64,000 bases of DNA from Candidatus Eiseniibacteriota bacterium (GTDB lineage Bacteria; Eisenbacteria; RBG-16-71-46), in assembly GCA_038231135.1 (NCBI GenBank), contig JBBRLX010000019.1, forward strand, positions 1-64,000, written 5' to 3'. The notes under the pieces are model-generated. The model saw nothing but the letters and a program-made list of their open reading frames with translations. It was not told where the DNA came from and did no database searches. Shown in pieces: positions 39,085 to 48,631 of this stretch (the stretch's first letter is position 1; each line of letters begins with the position of its first letter). The position numbers were made by a program, and so were the translations under genes.

Positions 39085-39741
39085 ATGAACAAGTCCGACG
39101 TTCAGCTGAAACAGGACATCGAGAACGAGCTTCGCTGGGATCCCAGGGTCAACTCCGCCCAGATCGGCGTCAGCGTCGACAACGGCGCGGTTTCGTTGAT
39201 GGGCGCGGTGGACACGTACGCGGCGAAGTGGGCCGTCGAGGATGCCACCAAGCGCGTCGGCGGGGTTCGCGATCTGGCGCAGGACCTGACCGTGAAGGCA
39301 TTCGGACCCCATCAGCATTCGGACAGCGAGATCGCGGCCGCGGCGGGGAGCGCACTGGCGTGGGACGTGTGGGTGCCGCCCACCGTCACGGTGAAAGTGC
39401 ATCAGGGTCAGGTGACGCTCGAAGGCCATGTCGAGTGGAACTACCAGCGCGACTCGGCGGAGCGTGCCGTCCGCTACCTGAAGGGGATCCTGAACGTCAT
39501 GAACCATATTGACCTGATGCCCAGCACGTCATCGGCCCAGGTGAAGGAGAAGGTCGAGGCCGCGCTGCAGCGCCAGGCAGAAGCCTATGCCCGCTCGATC
39601 CAGGTGGATAGCACCGGAGGCACGGTGACGCTGACCGGCCACGCGTCGAGCTGGCATGCCATCGAGGACGCCTCGGGTGCGGCATGGGCGGCGCCCGGCG
39701 TGACGATGGTCATCGAGAACGTCGCGGTCCACGGATCCTGA
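39085..39741 (+). CDS. BON-domain protein (three BON domains, OsmY-like)
   Basis: D..LKQDI..EL.WDP.V...IGV.V.NG.V.L.G.V repeated three times. Confidence 0.92.
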   Translation: MNKSDVQLKQDIENELRWDPRVNSAQIGVSVDNGAVSLMGAVDTYAAKWAVEDATKRVGGVRDLAQDLTVKAFGPHQHSDSEIAAAAGSALAWDVWVPPTVTVKVHQGQVTLEGHVEWNYQRDSAERAVRYLKGILNVMNHIDLMPSTSSAQVKEKVEAALQRQAEAYARSIQVDSTGGTVTLTGHASSWHAIEDASGAAWAAPGVTMVIENVAVHGS

Positions 39742-39902
39742 GCCGGACCGGCGGACCGTTCGCTCATCCCATGTTTTGCCAGGGAGCCCAAAGATCACCC
39801 GGACTCGGGTGGGACCTGGGCTCCCGTTCCTTCGTGAGGTTCGTACTGTCGGAGAAGCGGCGCCGTACACCGCCGTCGGAAGGATGCGCGTCCCGGCGCT
39901 CC

Positions 39903-39913
39903 TGAGGTAGTGT
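39903..39913 (+). promoter_or_regulatory. Kinase-associated leaderless-type -10 module
   Basis: TGAGG-TAGTGT-N6-ATG(39920). Confidence 0.6.
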
Positions 39914-39919
39914 CTGCGC

Positions 39920-40377
39920 ATGTCCCTCGCCGCCGGCACCCGACTCCGACGGGTCGGGAGAGGACTCACTGCTATTCCGTGGGCCCGCGCTGTTCTCGTA
40001 TCCGCTCAGCTGGTCGCGCGATGGCCGCTGGCTCGTGGCCCAGTGCTCGGATTCCACGGGAGCGTTCGACCTGTGGGTCATACCCATGGCCGGGCGGGGG
40101 CATCCGCGTCCCGCCCACGGTCTGTTGGTGGTCGGATCGCGGCGACGAGTTGCTGGTGGGCAATCAGAAGAACGAAGTGTTCTCGATTCCGGTTACGACC
40201 GGCTCCGCGATCCAACTCGACTCGCCGCGCCGGCTGTTCACGGTGACTCCGCCCTCGTTCCTGGTCGACATCGCCACCGGCGAGCAGCGGTTCCTGACGG
40301 GGTCCTTCGATCCCCGATCCAGCCACTCCACGCTCGATGTCGTGCTGGGCTGGCCACGGCTGCTCGATAAGCAATAG
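39920..40377 (+). pseudogene. Collapsed kinase/PD40-propeller gene (N-terminal 9 codons plus two C-terminal fragments)
   Basis: Three frames give MSLAAGTRL | SDGSGEDSLLF...YPLSWSRDGRWL...DLWVIPMAG | WWSDRGDELL...PRRLF...QRFL...VVLGWPRLL*. Confidence 0.8.
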
Positions 40378-40517
40378 CGCCACGAGCCCGTCCGTTCACG
40401 GGGTCCGGCGTTTCCGTCCGCGCCTCCTACGGCGCGCCTGGTGCTCGTGTTCCGGACGACGGGTCACGCTTCCCCGACGCCCGGCAAGCCGTCCACAATC
40501 CAACAAGGAGACGTGCC

Positions 40518-41933
40518 ATGAACGTCAGAACGCAGGCTGGCAACGAGACGGTCCTCGACGCCACCAAGCTTCAGAGCTTCGAACGCGCGCTGCAGGGACG
40601 GGTCGTGCTGCCGGGCTCACCCGGCTACGACGAGGCCCGCACGATCTGGAATGCGATGATCGACCGCCGGCCGGCGCTCATCGCACGCTGCGCCCAGGCG
40701 GAGGATGTGGTTCACGCCGTCCGCTTCGCGCGCGACAACGATATCCTCGTCGCTGTGCGCGGCGGCGGCCACAACATCGCGGGCAACGCCGTCTGTGACG
40801 GCGGACTCATGATCGATCTCACGCCGATGAAGAGCGTCCGCATCGATGAACGGCAGCGGACGGCGCGCGTCGAAGCCGGAGCCACGCTCGGAGAGTTCGA
40901 CGCGGCGGCCCAGGCGGTGGGCCTCGCGACCCCGCTCGGAATCAATTCCACGACCGGCGTGGCGGGCCTGACTCTCGGCGGCGGGTTCGGGTGGCTGAGC
41001 CGCAAGTACGGGCTGTCGATCGACAATCTCATCTCCGCGGACGTGGTCACCGCCGCCGGCACGATGCTGAAGGCGAGCGCGACCGACAATCCCGATCTGT
41101 TCTGGGCGATCCGCGGCGGTGGCGGCAATTTCGGCATCGTGACGGCGTTCGAGTTCAAATTGCACCCGGTGGGGCCGAACGTGCTGTCGGGGCTGGTCAT
41201 CCATCCGCTCGACGCGGCCGGGGACGTGCTGCGGTTCTACCGCAAATTCATCGCCACCACCCCCGAGGAGTTCGTGTGCTGGCTCGTGCTCCGTCAGGCG
41301 CCGCCACTGCCGTTCCTGCCCGAGGAGTGGCACGGCAAGGGCATCCTCGCGCTCGCGATGTGTTACGCGGGCCCCATTGAGGACGGCGAACGCGTGGCGA
41401 AGCCGCTGCGGGAGTTCGGCAAGTCGATCGCCGACGTCGTCGCGCCGCATCCGTTCGCGGCCTGGCAGGCGATCCTCGACCCGCTGCTCACGCCGGGCAT
41501 GCGCAACTACTGGAAGTCGCACGATTTCACCGAGCTCACCGAGGGGCTGATCGACGTGCTCGTGGCGCACGCTCGCAAGATACCGGATCCGCAGACTGAG
41601 ATCGCGTTCGCGCAGCTGGGCGGCGCCGTCAGCCGGGTCGCGAACGACGCGACCGCCTACACGCACCGCGACGCGCAGTTCGTGATGAACGTCCATGGGC
41701 GCTGGGACAACCCCGCGAACGACGCGAAGGTCATCGCCTGGGCACGCGAACTGTTCACGGCCGCCGCGCCGTTCGCGACCGGCGGGGCCTACGTGAACTT
41801 CATGACCCAGGACGAGACCGAGCGCGTCCGCGCCGCCTACGGCAGCAATTTCGATCGATTGGCACAGCTCAAGAAGCAGTACGACCCGACGAACCTGTTC
41901 CGCATGAACCAGAACATCCGGCCGGCGTCGTAA
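40518..41933 (+). CDS. FAD-binding oxidoreductase (berberine-bridge-enzyme-like)
   Basis: AAGGAG RBS; RGGGHN flavinylation motif, DLFWAIRGGGGNFG, Y.NF...KKQYDPTNLF. Confidence 0.95.
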   Translation: MNVRTQAGNETVLDATKLQSFERALQGRVVLPGSPGYDEARTIWNAMIDRRPALIARCAQAEDVVHAVRFARDNDILVAVRGGGHNIAGNAVCDGGLMIDLTPMKSVRIDERQRTARVEAGATLGEFDAAAQAVGLATPLGINSTTGVAGLTLGGGFGWLSRKYGLSIDNLISADVVTAAGTMLKASATDNPDLFWAIRGGGGNFGIVTAFEFKLHPVGPNVLSGLVIHPLDAAGDVLRFYRKFIATTPEEFVCWLVLRQAPPLPFLPEEWHGKGILALAMCYAGPIEDGERVAKPLREFGKSIADVVAPHPFAAWQAILDPLLTPGMRNYWKSHDFTELTEGLIDVLVAHARKIPDPQTEIAFAQLGGAVSRVANDATAYTHRDAQFVMNVHGRWDNPANDAKVIAWARELFTAAAPFATGGAYVNFMTQDETERVRAAYGSNFDRLAQLKKQYDPTNLFRMNQNIRPAS

Positions 41934-42179
41934 GACCGCCGGGAAGCTCACGCACCGGCAGGGGACGACAACGAGCGTTCCCGCCGGCGGGGGCTCTACT
42001 GCACAGGAGCGGGGTGGTGCGAGTGGTGCGCGTTCGGTAGTAGCCGCAACGCGAGGATTTTCACCCCGTCGCCGGTGCCGGCTACCAGCGATTCGAAGCT
42101 GGCGTTGACTCCGCCTCCCACCGACGCAGCCCGACCACGCGCGGCGGCCCGTGCGCGGTCGGGAGCTGCGTCGAATCGG

Positions 42180-42770
42180 TTACTTGTTCGCCCAGAAGCC
42201 GATCACGACTCCACCGGGCGCGGCGACGATTGCGATCCATCCCATTCCGCCCGGGAGCTGGTCGGGAGGGAATATCGCGGTCGCGCCGGCCTCGAGCGCC
42301 TTGGAAAACGTGGCCTGAATGTCCGCAACCTCACAGTAGGGGACCGACCCCGGCGCCTCGGACGGGTTCGTGCCGCGAATCCCACCCCCGGTGCCGATCG
42401 CGAACTGCCACATGTGGTAGGGACCCGTCGGCGTGGGTACGGCGTCCCCGAACTTCCAGCCCAGCACCTGCTCGCACCATGCCCGGGTCATCGACGGATT
42501 CGCGCTCGCCAGTTCCGTGTGCGTGATCACCCCGATCCGGGACTTCGCTGCGGCGGCGGCGCTGGACGCGGCCGCACGCTTGGGCCGCCGGGCGGTCGGA
42601 CGCTTGTTCGCGGCCTTCTTCGCGGCCTTCTTCGGAGCCTGCTTCGGAGCCTGCTTCGGGGCCTTCGATACCTTCTTAGCGGACTCCCTGGCGGCCCGCT
42701 TCGCGACCTTGTTCTTTGCGGCCTTCTTCGCGACCTTCTTCGCCTTCCGCGCCGGCTTCTTGTTCGCCAT
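42180..42770 (-). CDS. VOC/glyoxalase-family protein with a histone-H1-like Lys/Ala-rich N-terminus
   Basis: GGAGG RBS; ~75 aa of KKAAKK/APKQ repeats, then THTEL...LGWKF...GGG...Y..VADI.......AG...P...PG.G.IA...P.G...G.W. Confidence 0.85.
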   Translation of the reverse strand: MANKKPARKAKKVAKKAAKNKVAKRAARESAKKVSKAPKQAPKQAPKKAAKKAANKRPTARRPKRAAASSAAAAAKSRIGVITHTELASANPSMTRAWCEQVLGWKFGDAVPTPTGPYHMWQFAIGTGGGIRGTNPSEAPGSVPYCEVADIQATFSKALEAGATAIFPPDQLPGGMGWIAIVAAPGGVVIGFWANK

Positions 42771-43032
42771 GAGATCCTCCTGGTCGGAGTTGCATACCGG
42801 TTCGAGCGGGTCCCGCACCTGCATCCGCTCACGGCGGCATCGTATATCATTTCGGCGAGGTGGTGTCCCGCCGGCGACCGCGACCGGGTCCATCCCGCGA
42901 GGAGCTGCTGGAAGTCGTCCGGCAGCCACGGCGGCGGCTCGGACCGGCCAAGCTCGAACGAATGTGTAAGCGTCCGGCCGTGATACGCTGCCGTGGATCA
43001 CATCGCATCCACTCCACTCCGCCGGGACCTCC

Positions 43033-45855
43033 ATGCGATTCGAGCCGGGCCTGAAGCTGGACCATTACCGCGTCGTCGAGAAGCTCGGCGAGGGCGGCAT
43101 GGGAGAGGTGTGGCTCGCCGAGGACACCAGGCTCGGGCGGTCCGTGGCGCTCAAGCGGTTGCCGGCGGCGCTCGCGGCCGATCCGCAGCTGCTGGAGCGG
43201 TTTCAGCGCGAGGCCCGCACGCTCGCGGCGCTCAATCATCCGAACATCGTGACGATCCACGCGGTGGAGGAGTCGGGCGCGGGGCCGTTCCTGGCGATGG
43301 AGCTGGTGCGCGGGCATACGCTGTCGCACGAGATCCCGCCCGCGGGCCTGCCGCCGGCGCGCGTGCTCGAGCTGGCGATCACGATCGCCGGGGCCGTCGC
43401 CGCCGCCCACGAGCGTGGCATCGTCCATCGCGATCTCAAGCCCGACAACATCATGCTGAGCGACGATGGCCGGCTGCGCGTGCTCGATTTCGGACTCGCG
43501 AGGGCCCAACTCCTCGCGGCGCAGCCAGCGGGCGGACCCGATGCTCCCACCGTGGCGGTGTCCGCCGAACTCACGCGGCAGGGGACGATCCTCGGCACGG
43601 TGTCGTACATGTCGCCCGAGCAGGCGCAGGGCCGGCCGGCCGACGCCCGCTCGGATGTGTTCTCGCTCGGCATCATCCTCTACGAGATGGCCTCGGGCCG
43701 CCGCCCGTTCACGGGCGGCGATCAGATGTCGATCCTCGCCGCGATCCTGCGCGACACCCCGCCGCCCTGCGACCGGTTGAACCCTGCCGTGCCCGCGCGG
43801 CTCGCGGCGGTGATCCACCGCTGCCTCGAGAAGGACGCGGCACTGCGCTACCCGACGGCCGCCGGCCTGCGCGACGACCTCGTGGCGCTGCACGACTGGG
43901 CGCGAGGCGACGCCCTGACGAGCCTCACGCGCATCGTCGACCGGATCCAGGGACTCGAGGAAGGCCCGGAGGCGTGGGAAGCGTTCGTGCTGGCTCGCGA
44001 GATCGCGAAGCTGGTGCCGGACGACCCGCAGCTCCAGCGCCTGGCCCCGATGTTCGCCCGCGACATCGCGGTCACGTCCGATCCCCCCGGGGCGAACGTG
44101 TCCGTTAAGTACTACGGCACGCCGGATGCCGACTGGACCGCGATGGGTGTCACACCGCTCGACACCGTGTCGTGGCCGAAAGGCTTCACGCGCATCCGGC
44201 TCGAGCACGACGGCGTCCGCAGTGCCGAGGACCTGATCTGGAACCACGACTACATCGGGACCGCGTGGCATTACGATATGACGGCGCCGGACCAGGCGCC
44301 GCCCGAGATGGAGTGGGTCCCGGCCGGCAAGTTCGCTCTTCATATGCCGGGCCTCGACCATCTCGACGCCGAGCCGATGGCGGGCTTCTTCATGGACCGC
44401 GATCCGGTGACGAACGCCGAATACAAGCGCTTCGTCGACGCCGGCGGATATGCGGACCCAGCGTTCTGGCTCGAACCGGTGGTCGCCGACGGTGGCGAGC
44501 TGGCGCGGCCCGAGGCCATGGCCCGGTTCGTCGACTCGACCGGACATGCCGGGCCCGCGGGGTGGGAGGTCGGAGACCCTCCGCCCGGCGAGGCCGCGCT
44601 GCCGGTGTCGGGGGTCAGCTGGTACGAGGCCGCCGCGTACGCCGCCTGGGCCGGGAAGCGCCTGCCCACGGTGTTCCATTGGAATCGCGTGGCGTTCACC
44701 GTCGCCAGCGCACAGGTCATCGCGCAGGCGAATCTCGCCGCACGCGGACCGGTGGCGGTCGGCTCGACGCACAGCATGAACCGCTACGGCGTGCGCGACC
44801 TCGCGGGCAACGTGCGCGAGTGGGCGTGGAACGCGACCTCGCGCGGGGACAAACGGTTCCTCCTGGGCGGCGGCTGGAACGACCCGGAGTATTCGTTCAA
44901 CGACGCCTGGGCGCAGTCGGCGCTCGACCGCTCGCCGACCAACGGCTTCCGCTGCATCCGGATCCTCGAGCCCGAGACGAACCTCGAGCACCTGACGCAG
45001 GTGATCGACCTGCCGTTCCGCGATTTCCACGCCGAGACGCCGGTGCCGGATGCGGTGTTCGAGTTCTTCCTCCGCCAGTTTCGCTACGACGCGACGCCGC
45101 TCGCCGCGACGATCGAAGCCTCAGAGCCGAGCGTCCTCGGACGCTGGCAGACCGTGACGTTCGCCGCGGCCTACGGGACCGAGCGCATGAGCCTGTACCT
45201 GTTCCTGCCCGACAAGGGCCGGCCGCCGTACCAGACCATCGTGGTGGTCCCGGGCTCGAACGCGATCCACACCCGTACGTTCACGCCGCAGGACCTGCGC
45301 CGCATCGACTTCATCACGCGCAGCGGGCGCGCGATCGCGCTCCCCGTGTTCAAGGGCACGTATCACCGCGGCGGCGAGCTGCACTCGGACTACCCCGCGG
45401 AGACGGCGTCGTATCGCGATTACATGATCATGTGGGTCAAGGATCTCGCCCGTTCGATCGACTACCTCGAGACGCGCGACGACATCGACGCCGGCCACAT
45501 CGGGTACTTCGGCCTGAGCTGGGGCGGCGCGCTGGGCGCGATCATGCCGGCGGTCGAGCGGCGGATCCGGGCCAATGTGCTGTACGTCGCGGGGCTGTGC
45601 TTCCAGCACGCGCTGCCGGAGGTCGACGCGATCAATTACATCACGCGTGTCACGCAGCCGACGCTGATGCTCAACGGCGAGTTCGATTTCTTCTTCCCGA
45701 CCGAGACCTCGCAGCGGCCCATGTTCGAGTTGCTCGGCACGCCCGCCGAGCACAAGCGCCGTCTCACGTTCCCCGGCGGCCATTCGGTTCCGCGCACCGA
45801 GACGATCCGCGAGACGCTGGCCTGGCTGGATCGCTACCTCGGACCGGCCGCGTGA
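43033..45855 (+). CDS. Ser/Thr kinase fused to PEGA-like, FGE-sulfatase (SUMF1-like) and alpha/beta-hydrolase domains
   Basis: Kinase motifs intact; VTSDPPGANV; VTNAEY..F, VSWYEAAAYA.W.GKRLPT, DLAGNVREW, GFRC; GLSWGG with distal Asp and His. Confidence 0.92.
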   Translation: MRFEPGLKLDHYRVVEKLGEGGMGEVWLAEDTRLGRSVALKRLPAALAADPQLLERFQREARTLAALNHPNIVTIHAVEESGAGPFLAMELVRGHTLSHEIPPAGLPPARVLELAITIAGAVAAAHERGIVHRDLKPDNIMLSDDGRLRVLDFGLARAQLLAAQPAGGPDAPTVAVSAELTRQGTILGTVSYMSPEQAQGRPADARSDVFSLGIILYEMASGRRPFTGGDQMSILAAILRDTPPPCDRLNPAVPARLAAVIHRCLEKDAALRYPTAAGLRDDLVALHDWARGDALTSLTRIVDRIQGLEEGPEAWEAFVLAREIAKLVPDDPQLQRLAPMFARDIAVTSDPPGANVSVKYYGTPDADWTAMGVTPLDTVSWPKGFTRIRLEHDGVRSAEDLIWNHDYIGTAWHYDMTAPDQAPPEMEWVPAGKFALHMPGLDHLDAEPMAGFFMDRDPVTNAEYKRFVDAGGYADPAFWLEPVVADGGELARPEAMARFVDSTGHAGPAGWEVGDPPPGEAALPVSGVSWYEAAAYAAWAGKRLPTVFHWNRVAFTVASAQVIAQANLAARGPVAVGSTHSMNRYGVRDLAGNVREWAWNATSRGDKRFLLGGGWNDPEYSFNDAWAQSALDRSPTNGFRCIRILEPETNLEHLTQVIDLPFRDFHAETPVPDAVFEFFLRQFRYDATPLAATIEASEPSVLGRWQTVTFAAAYGTERMSLYLFLPDKGRPPYQTIVVVPGSNAIHTRTFTPQDLRRIDFITRSGRAIALPVFKGTYHRGGELHSDYPAETASYRDYMIMWVKDLARSIDYLETRDDIDAGHIGYFGLSWGGALGAIMPAVERRIRANVLYVAGLCFQHALPEVDAINYITRVTQPTLMLNGEFDFFFPTETSQRPMFELLGTPAEHKRRLTFPGGHSVPRTETIRETLAWLDRYLGPAA

Positions 45856-45923
45856 CGCCGCGCGTGTCCGAACGGGTTCACCTCGAACCCCGGCCGCTCC
45901 GCGAATGCGTGACGCCACGACCC

Positions 45924-45934
45924 TGAGGTAGTGT
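45924..45934 (+). promoter_or_regulatory. Kinase-associated leaderless-type -10 module
   Basis: TGAGG-TAGTGT-N6-ATG(45941). CCTGAGGTAGTGTC is identical to 39901-39914. Confidence 0.6.
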
Positions 45935-45940
45935 CCACGA

Positions 45941-48631
45941 ATGCCACTGCCTGCCGGCACGAGACTGGGTCCCTACGAGGTCGTCGCGCCGCTCGGCGCC
46001 GGCGGCATGGGGGAGGTGTACCGCGCACGCGACACGCGCCTCGGCCGCGACGTGGCGATCAAGGTGCTGCCGCAGGGCTTCGAGGCGGATCCCGATCGCA
46101 TCGTGCGGTTCGAGCGTGAGGCGAAGCTGCTCGCCTCGCTCAATCATCCGAACGTCGCCGTGCTCTATGGCGTCGAGCATCTGGACGGCATGCTGTGCCT
46201 GGTGCTCGAGTTGATCGAGGGCGAATCGCTGGCGCAACGGCTCCAGCGCGGGCCGCTGCCGATGGACGAGGCGTTCGACGTAGCCGCGCAGGTGGCGGCC
46301 GCGCTCGAGGCCGCCCACGAAGCGGGCGTGGTGCATCGCGACTTGAAGCCCGGCAACGTGATGCTGCGGCCCGACGGCGTGGCGAAGGTGCTCGACTTCG
46401 GCCTCGCGCGCGGCCCGCTGGGCGCCACGACGCCGGGCGTTCCTCCGTCGCTGAGCCAGTCGCCGACGATGACGAGCCCCGCGACGATGCCCGGCATGAT
46501 CCTCGGCACGGCCGCCTACATGAGCCCCGAGCAGGCCAAGGGACGGGTCGCCGACCGGCGCGCCGACTTGTGGGCGTGGGGCTGCCTGCTCTACGAACTG
46601 CTCACCGGCCGGCGCGCGTTCCCGGGCGAGGACGTCTCCGAGACGCTCGCGTCGATCCTCAAGTCGGAGCCGGATTGGGCTGCGCTGCCTCGCGATACAC
46701 CGCTGCGCGTTCGCGAGCTGCTGGCCCGGTGCCTGCGCAAGGACGTGCGCGAGCGCCTCCGCGACGCGGGCGACGCACGCGTGCTGCTCACCGAGGCGCG
46801 CACGCACGTCGAGGCGCCGGCGACCTCCACGCCGGCTCGTGCCGGAGTGCCGTGGCTCGTCGCCCTGGGTCTGCTCGGGCTCGGCATCGCCGCGACGCTC
46901 GGCATCCTGCAGCTATGGGGACCGCACGACGGGTCCGCGCGCGCCGGCATCCTCCGGCTGCCGTTCCTGCCACCGGACAGCGTGAGCGTCGACGACCGCG
47001 CGAGCAACTTCGCGGTCATCTCACCCGACGGCAGGAATCTGTTGTTCGCGGGCCGCACACCGCATGGCGTGCGGCAACTGTGGCTGCGTCCGCTCGATTC
47101 CATGGTGGCGCAACCGCTGGCCGGCACGGACGGCGCGAACGAGCCGTTCTGGTCCCCGGATGGCCGCTCGATCGCGTTCGCCGCCGACGGCAAACTCAAG
47201 CGCCTCGATCTGTCGGGCGGGCAGCCCAAGGTGCTCGCCGACGCCGCGCGAATGTGCGGCGGGACGTGGAGTCGCTCGGGCGTCATCGTATTCAGCCCCG
47301 ACTTCAGCAGCGTGCTCGATCGGGTGTCCGCGGACGGCGGCCCGACGACGCTCGTCGCGCGTCCCGATTCCACACGCGGTGAGACCGGCTATCGCTCGCC
47401 GAGTTTCCTGCCCGATGGCCGCCACCTGCTCTACCGAGTGGACAACACCGGCGGCTACCCCAACTACGACTGGTTCGTCCGCCGTCTCGACGGCAACGAC
47501 ACGAAGCGGCTGATCCAGGGCTCCCCGGCCGCGCTGTACGCGCCGCCCGGCTGGCTGCTGTTCGCGCGCGGCGGTTCGATGTTCGCCCAGCGCTTCGATG
47601 CCGCCGCGCTGCGACTGTCGGGAGAACCGCTCCCCATCCAGATTGGCGCACCGATCGACCAGAACTTCACCAATGCGCGATTCTCGACGTCGCAGAATGG
47701 CGTGCTGGTGGCCCAGATCGAACCCGCGTACTCCTTTCAACTCACGTGGTACGACCGTGCCGGGAAGCGTCTCGGCCTGCTGGGCCCCGAAATGCAGGTT
47801 CACCTGGCTCAGTCGCCCTCGTTGTCGGCGGACCGCAGCCACGTCGTGTTCCAGCGCCAGGATCCGCAGACCGGTATCGGCGACATCTGGACGATCGACG
47901 TCGCACGGGGAACGCTGAACCGGCTCACGAGCGACCCCACGCTCGATCAGTTGCCCCTGTGGGCGGTCGACGGTCGATCGGTGTTCGAGAACACCCGCCG
48001 CAACGGCGTCGCAGGCATCTACCGCATCTCCGCGAACGGCGGCGACGAGCGATTCATGGCGAAGGGCGGCTGGCCCACCGCAACGACTCCCGATGGCCGG
48101 TTCCTGATCTTCATGAAGCGCGGCGAGAAGACGCGCCAGGACATCTGGCTGCTGCCGCTCACGGGCGGCGGCCCGGCGCGCGTGGTACTGGCCACCGAAT
48201 TCAACGACTCGCAACCGCAGATCTCGCCCGACGGCCACTGGCTGGCCTATGCCTCCGACGAGACCGGCAGCTACGAGGTCTACGCGCGGCCGTTTTCGCC
48301 CGAGACCGGGGTCGGCGACCCGGTGCGCATCTCGACGGGCGGCGGATTCGCACCGCGCTGGCGCGGTGACGGCCGCGAGTTGTTCTACGTCTCGGCGCCG
48401 ATCAGCGCCGCAGACGGACGGCTGATGGCGACGAGCATCAAGGTCGACGGCGCGAGGCTCGAGCCGGGCACGCCGATTCCGCTGTTCGCGACCCACATGA
48501 TGCCGGACGGATTCACGCCGGAATTCGACGTGTCGGCGGACGGGCAGCGGTTCCTGGTCGGAACCGCGACCCGCGACCCACATGCGACTGGAGTGAACCT
48601 GCTGCTCAACTGGACGGAGTTACTCCGATGA
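45941..48631 (+). CDS. Membrane Ser/Thr kinase with TolB-like PD40 beta-propellers
   Basis: Kinase motifs, TM (WLVALGLLGLGIAATLGIL), repeated [WI]SPDG blades. Confidence 0.95.
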   Translation: MPLPAGTRLGPYEVVAPLGAGGMGEVYRARDTRLGRDVAIKVLPQGFEADPDRIVRFEREAKLLASLNHPNVAVLYGVEHLDGMLCLVLELIEGESLAQRLQRGPLPMDEAFDVAAQVAAALEAAHEAGVVHRDLKPGNVMLRPDGVAKVLDFGLARGPLGATTPGVPPSLSQSPTMTSPATMPGMILGTAAYMSPEQAKGRVADRRADLWAWGCLLYELLTGRRAFPGEDVSETLASILKSEPDWAALPRDTPLRVRELLARCLRKDVRERLRDAGDARVLLTEARTHVEAPATSTPARAGVPWLVALGLLGLGIAATLGILQLWGPHDGSARAGILRLPFLPPDSVSVDDRASNFAVISPDGRNLLFAGRTPHGVRQLWLRPLDSMVAQPLAGTDGANEPFWSPDGRSIAFAADGKLKRLDLSGGQPKVLADAARMCGGTWSRSGVIVFSPDFSSVLDRVSADGGPTTLVARPDSTRGETGYRSPSFLPDGRHLLYRVDNTGGYPNYDWFVRRLDGNDTKRLIQGSPAALYAPPGWLLFARGGSMFAQRFDAAALRLSGEPLPIQIGAPIDQNFTNARFSTSQNGVLVAQIEPAYSFQLTWYDRAGKRLGLLGPEMQVHLAQSPSLSADRSHVVFQRQDPQTGIGDIWTIDVARGTLNRLTSDPTLDQLPLWAVDGRSVFENTRRNGVAGIYRISANGGDERFMAKGGWPTATTPDGRFLIFMKRGEKTRQDIWLLPLTGGGPARVVLATEFNDSQPQISPDGHWLAYASDETGSYEVYARPFSPETGVGDPVRISTGGGFAPRWRGDGRELFYVSAPISAADGRLMATSIKVDGARLEPGTPIPLFATHMMPDGFTPEFDVSADGQRFLVGTATRDPHATGVNLLLNWTELLR

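Noticed and set aside
41996..42121. 41-codon minus-strand frame (VGGGVNASFESLVAG...) downstream of the VOC gene
   Set aside because: No RBS or recognisable family. It may be a gene scrap but cannot be supported.
44280..44960. FGE-sulfatase (C-type lectin fold) domain as a diversity-generating retroelement target
   Set aside because: The domain is internal, and I saw no reverse transcriptase or template-repeat copy in the window.
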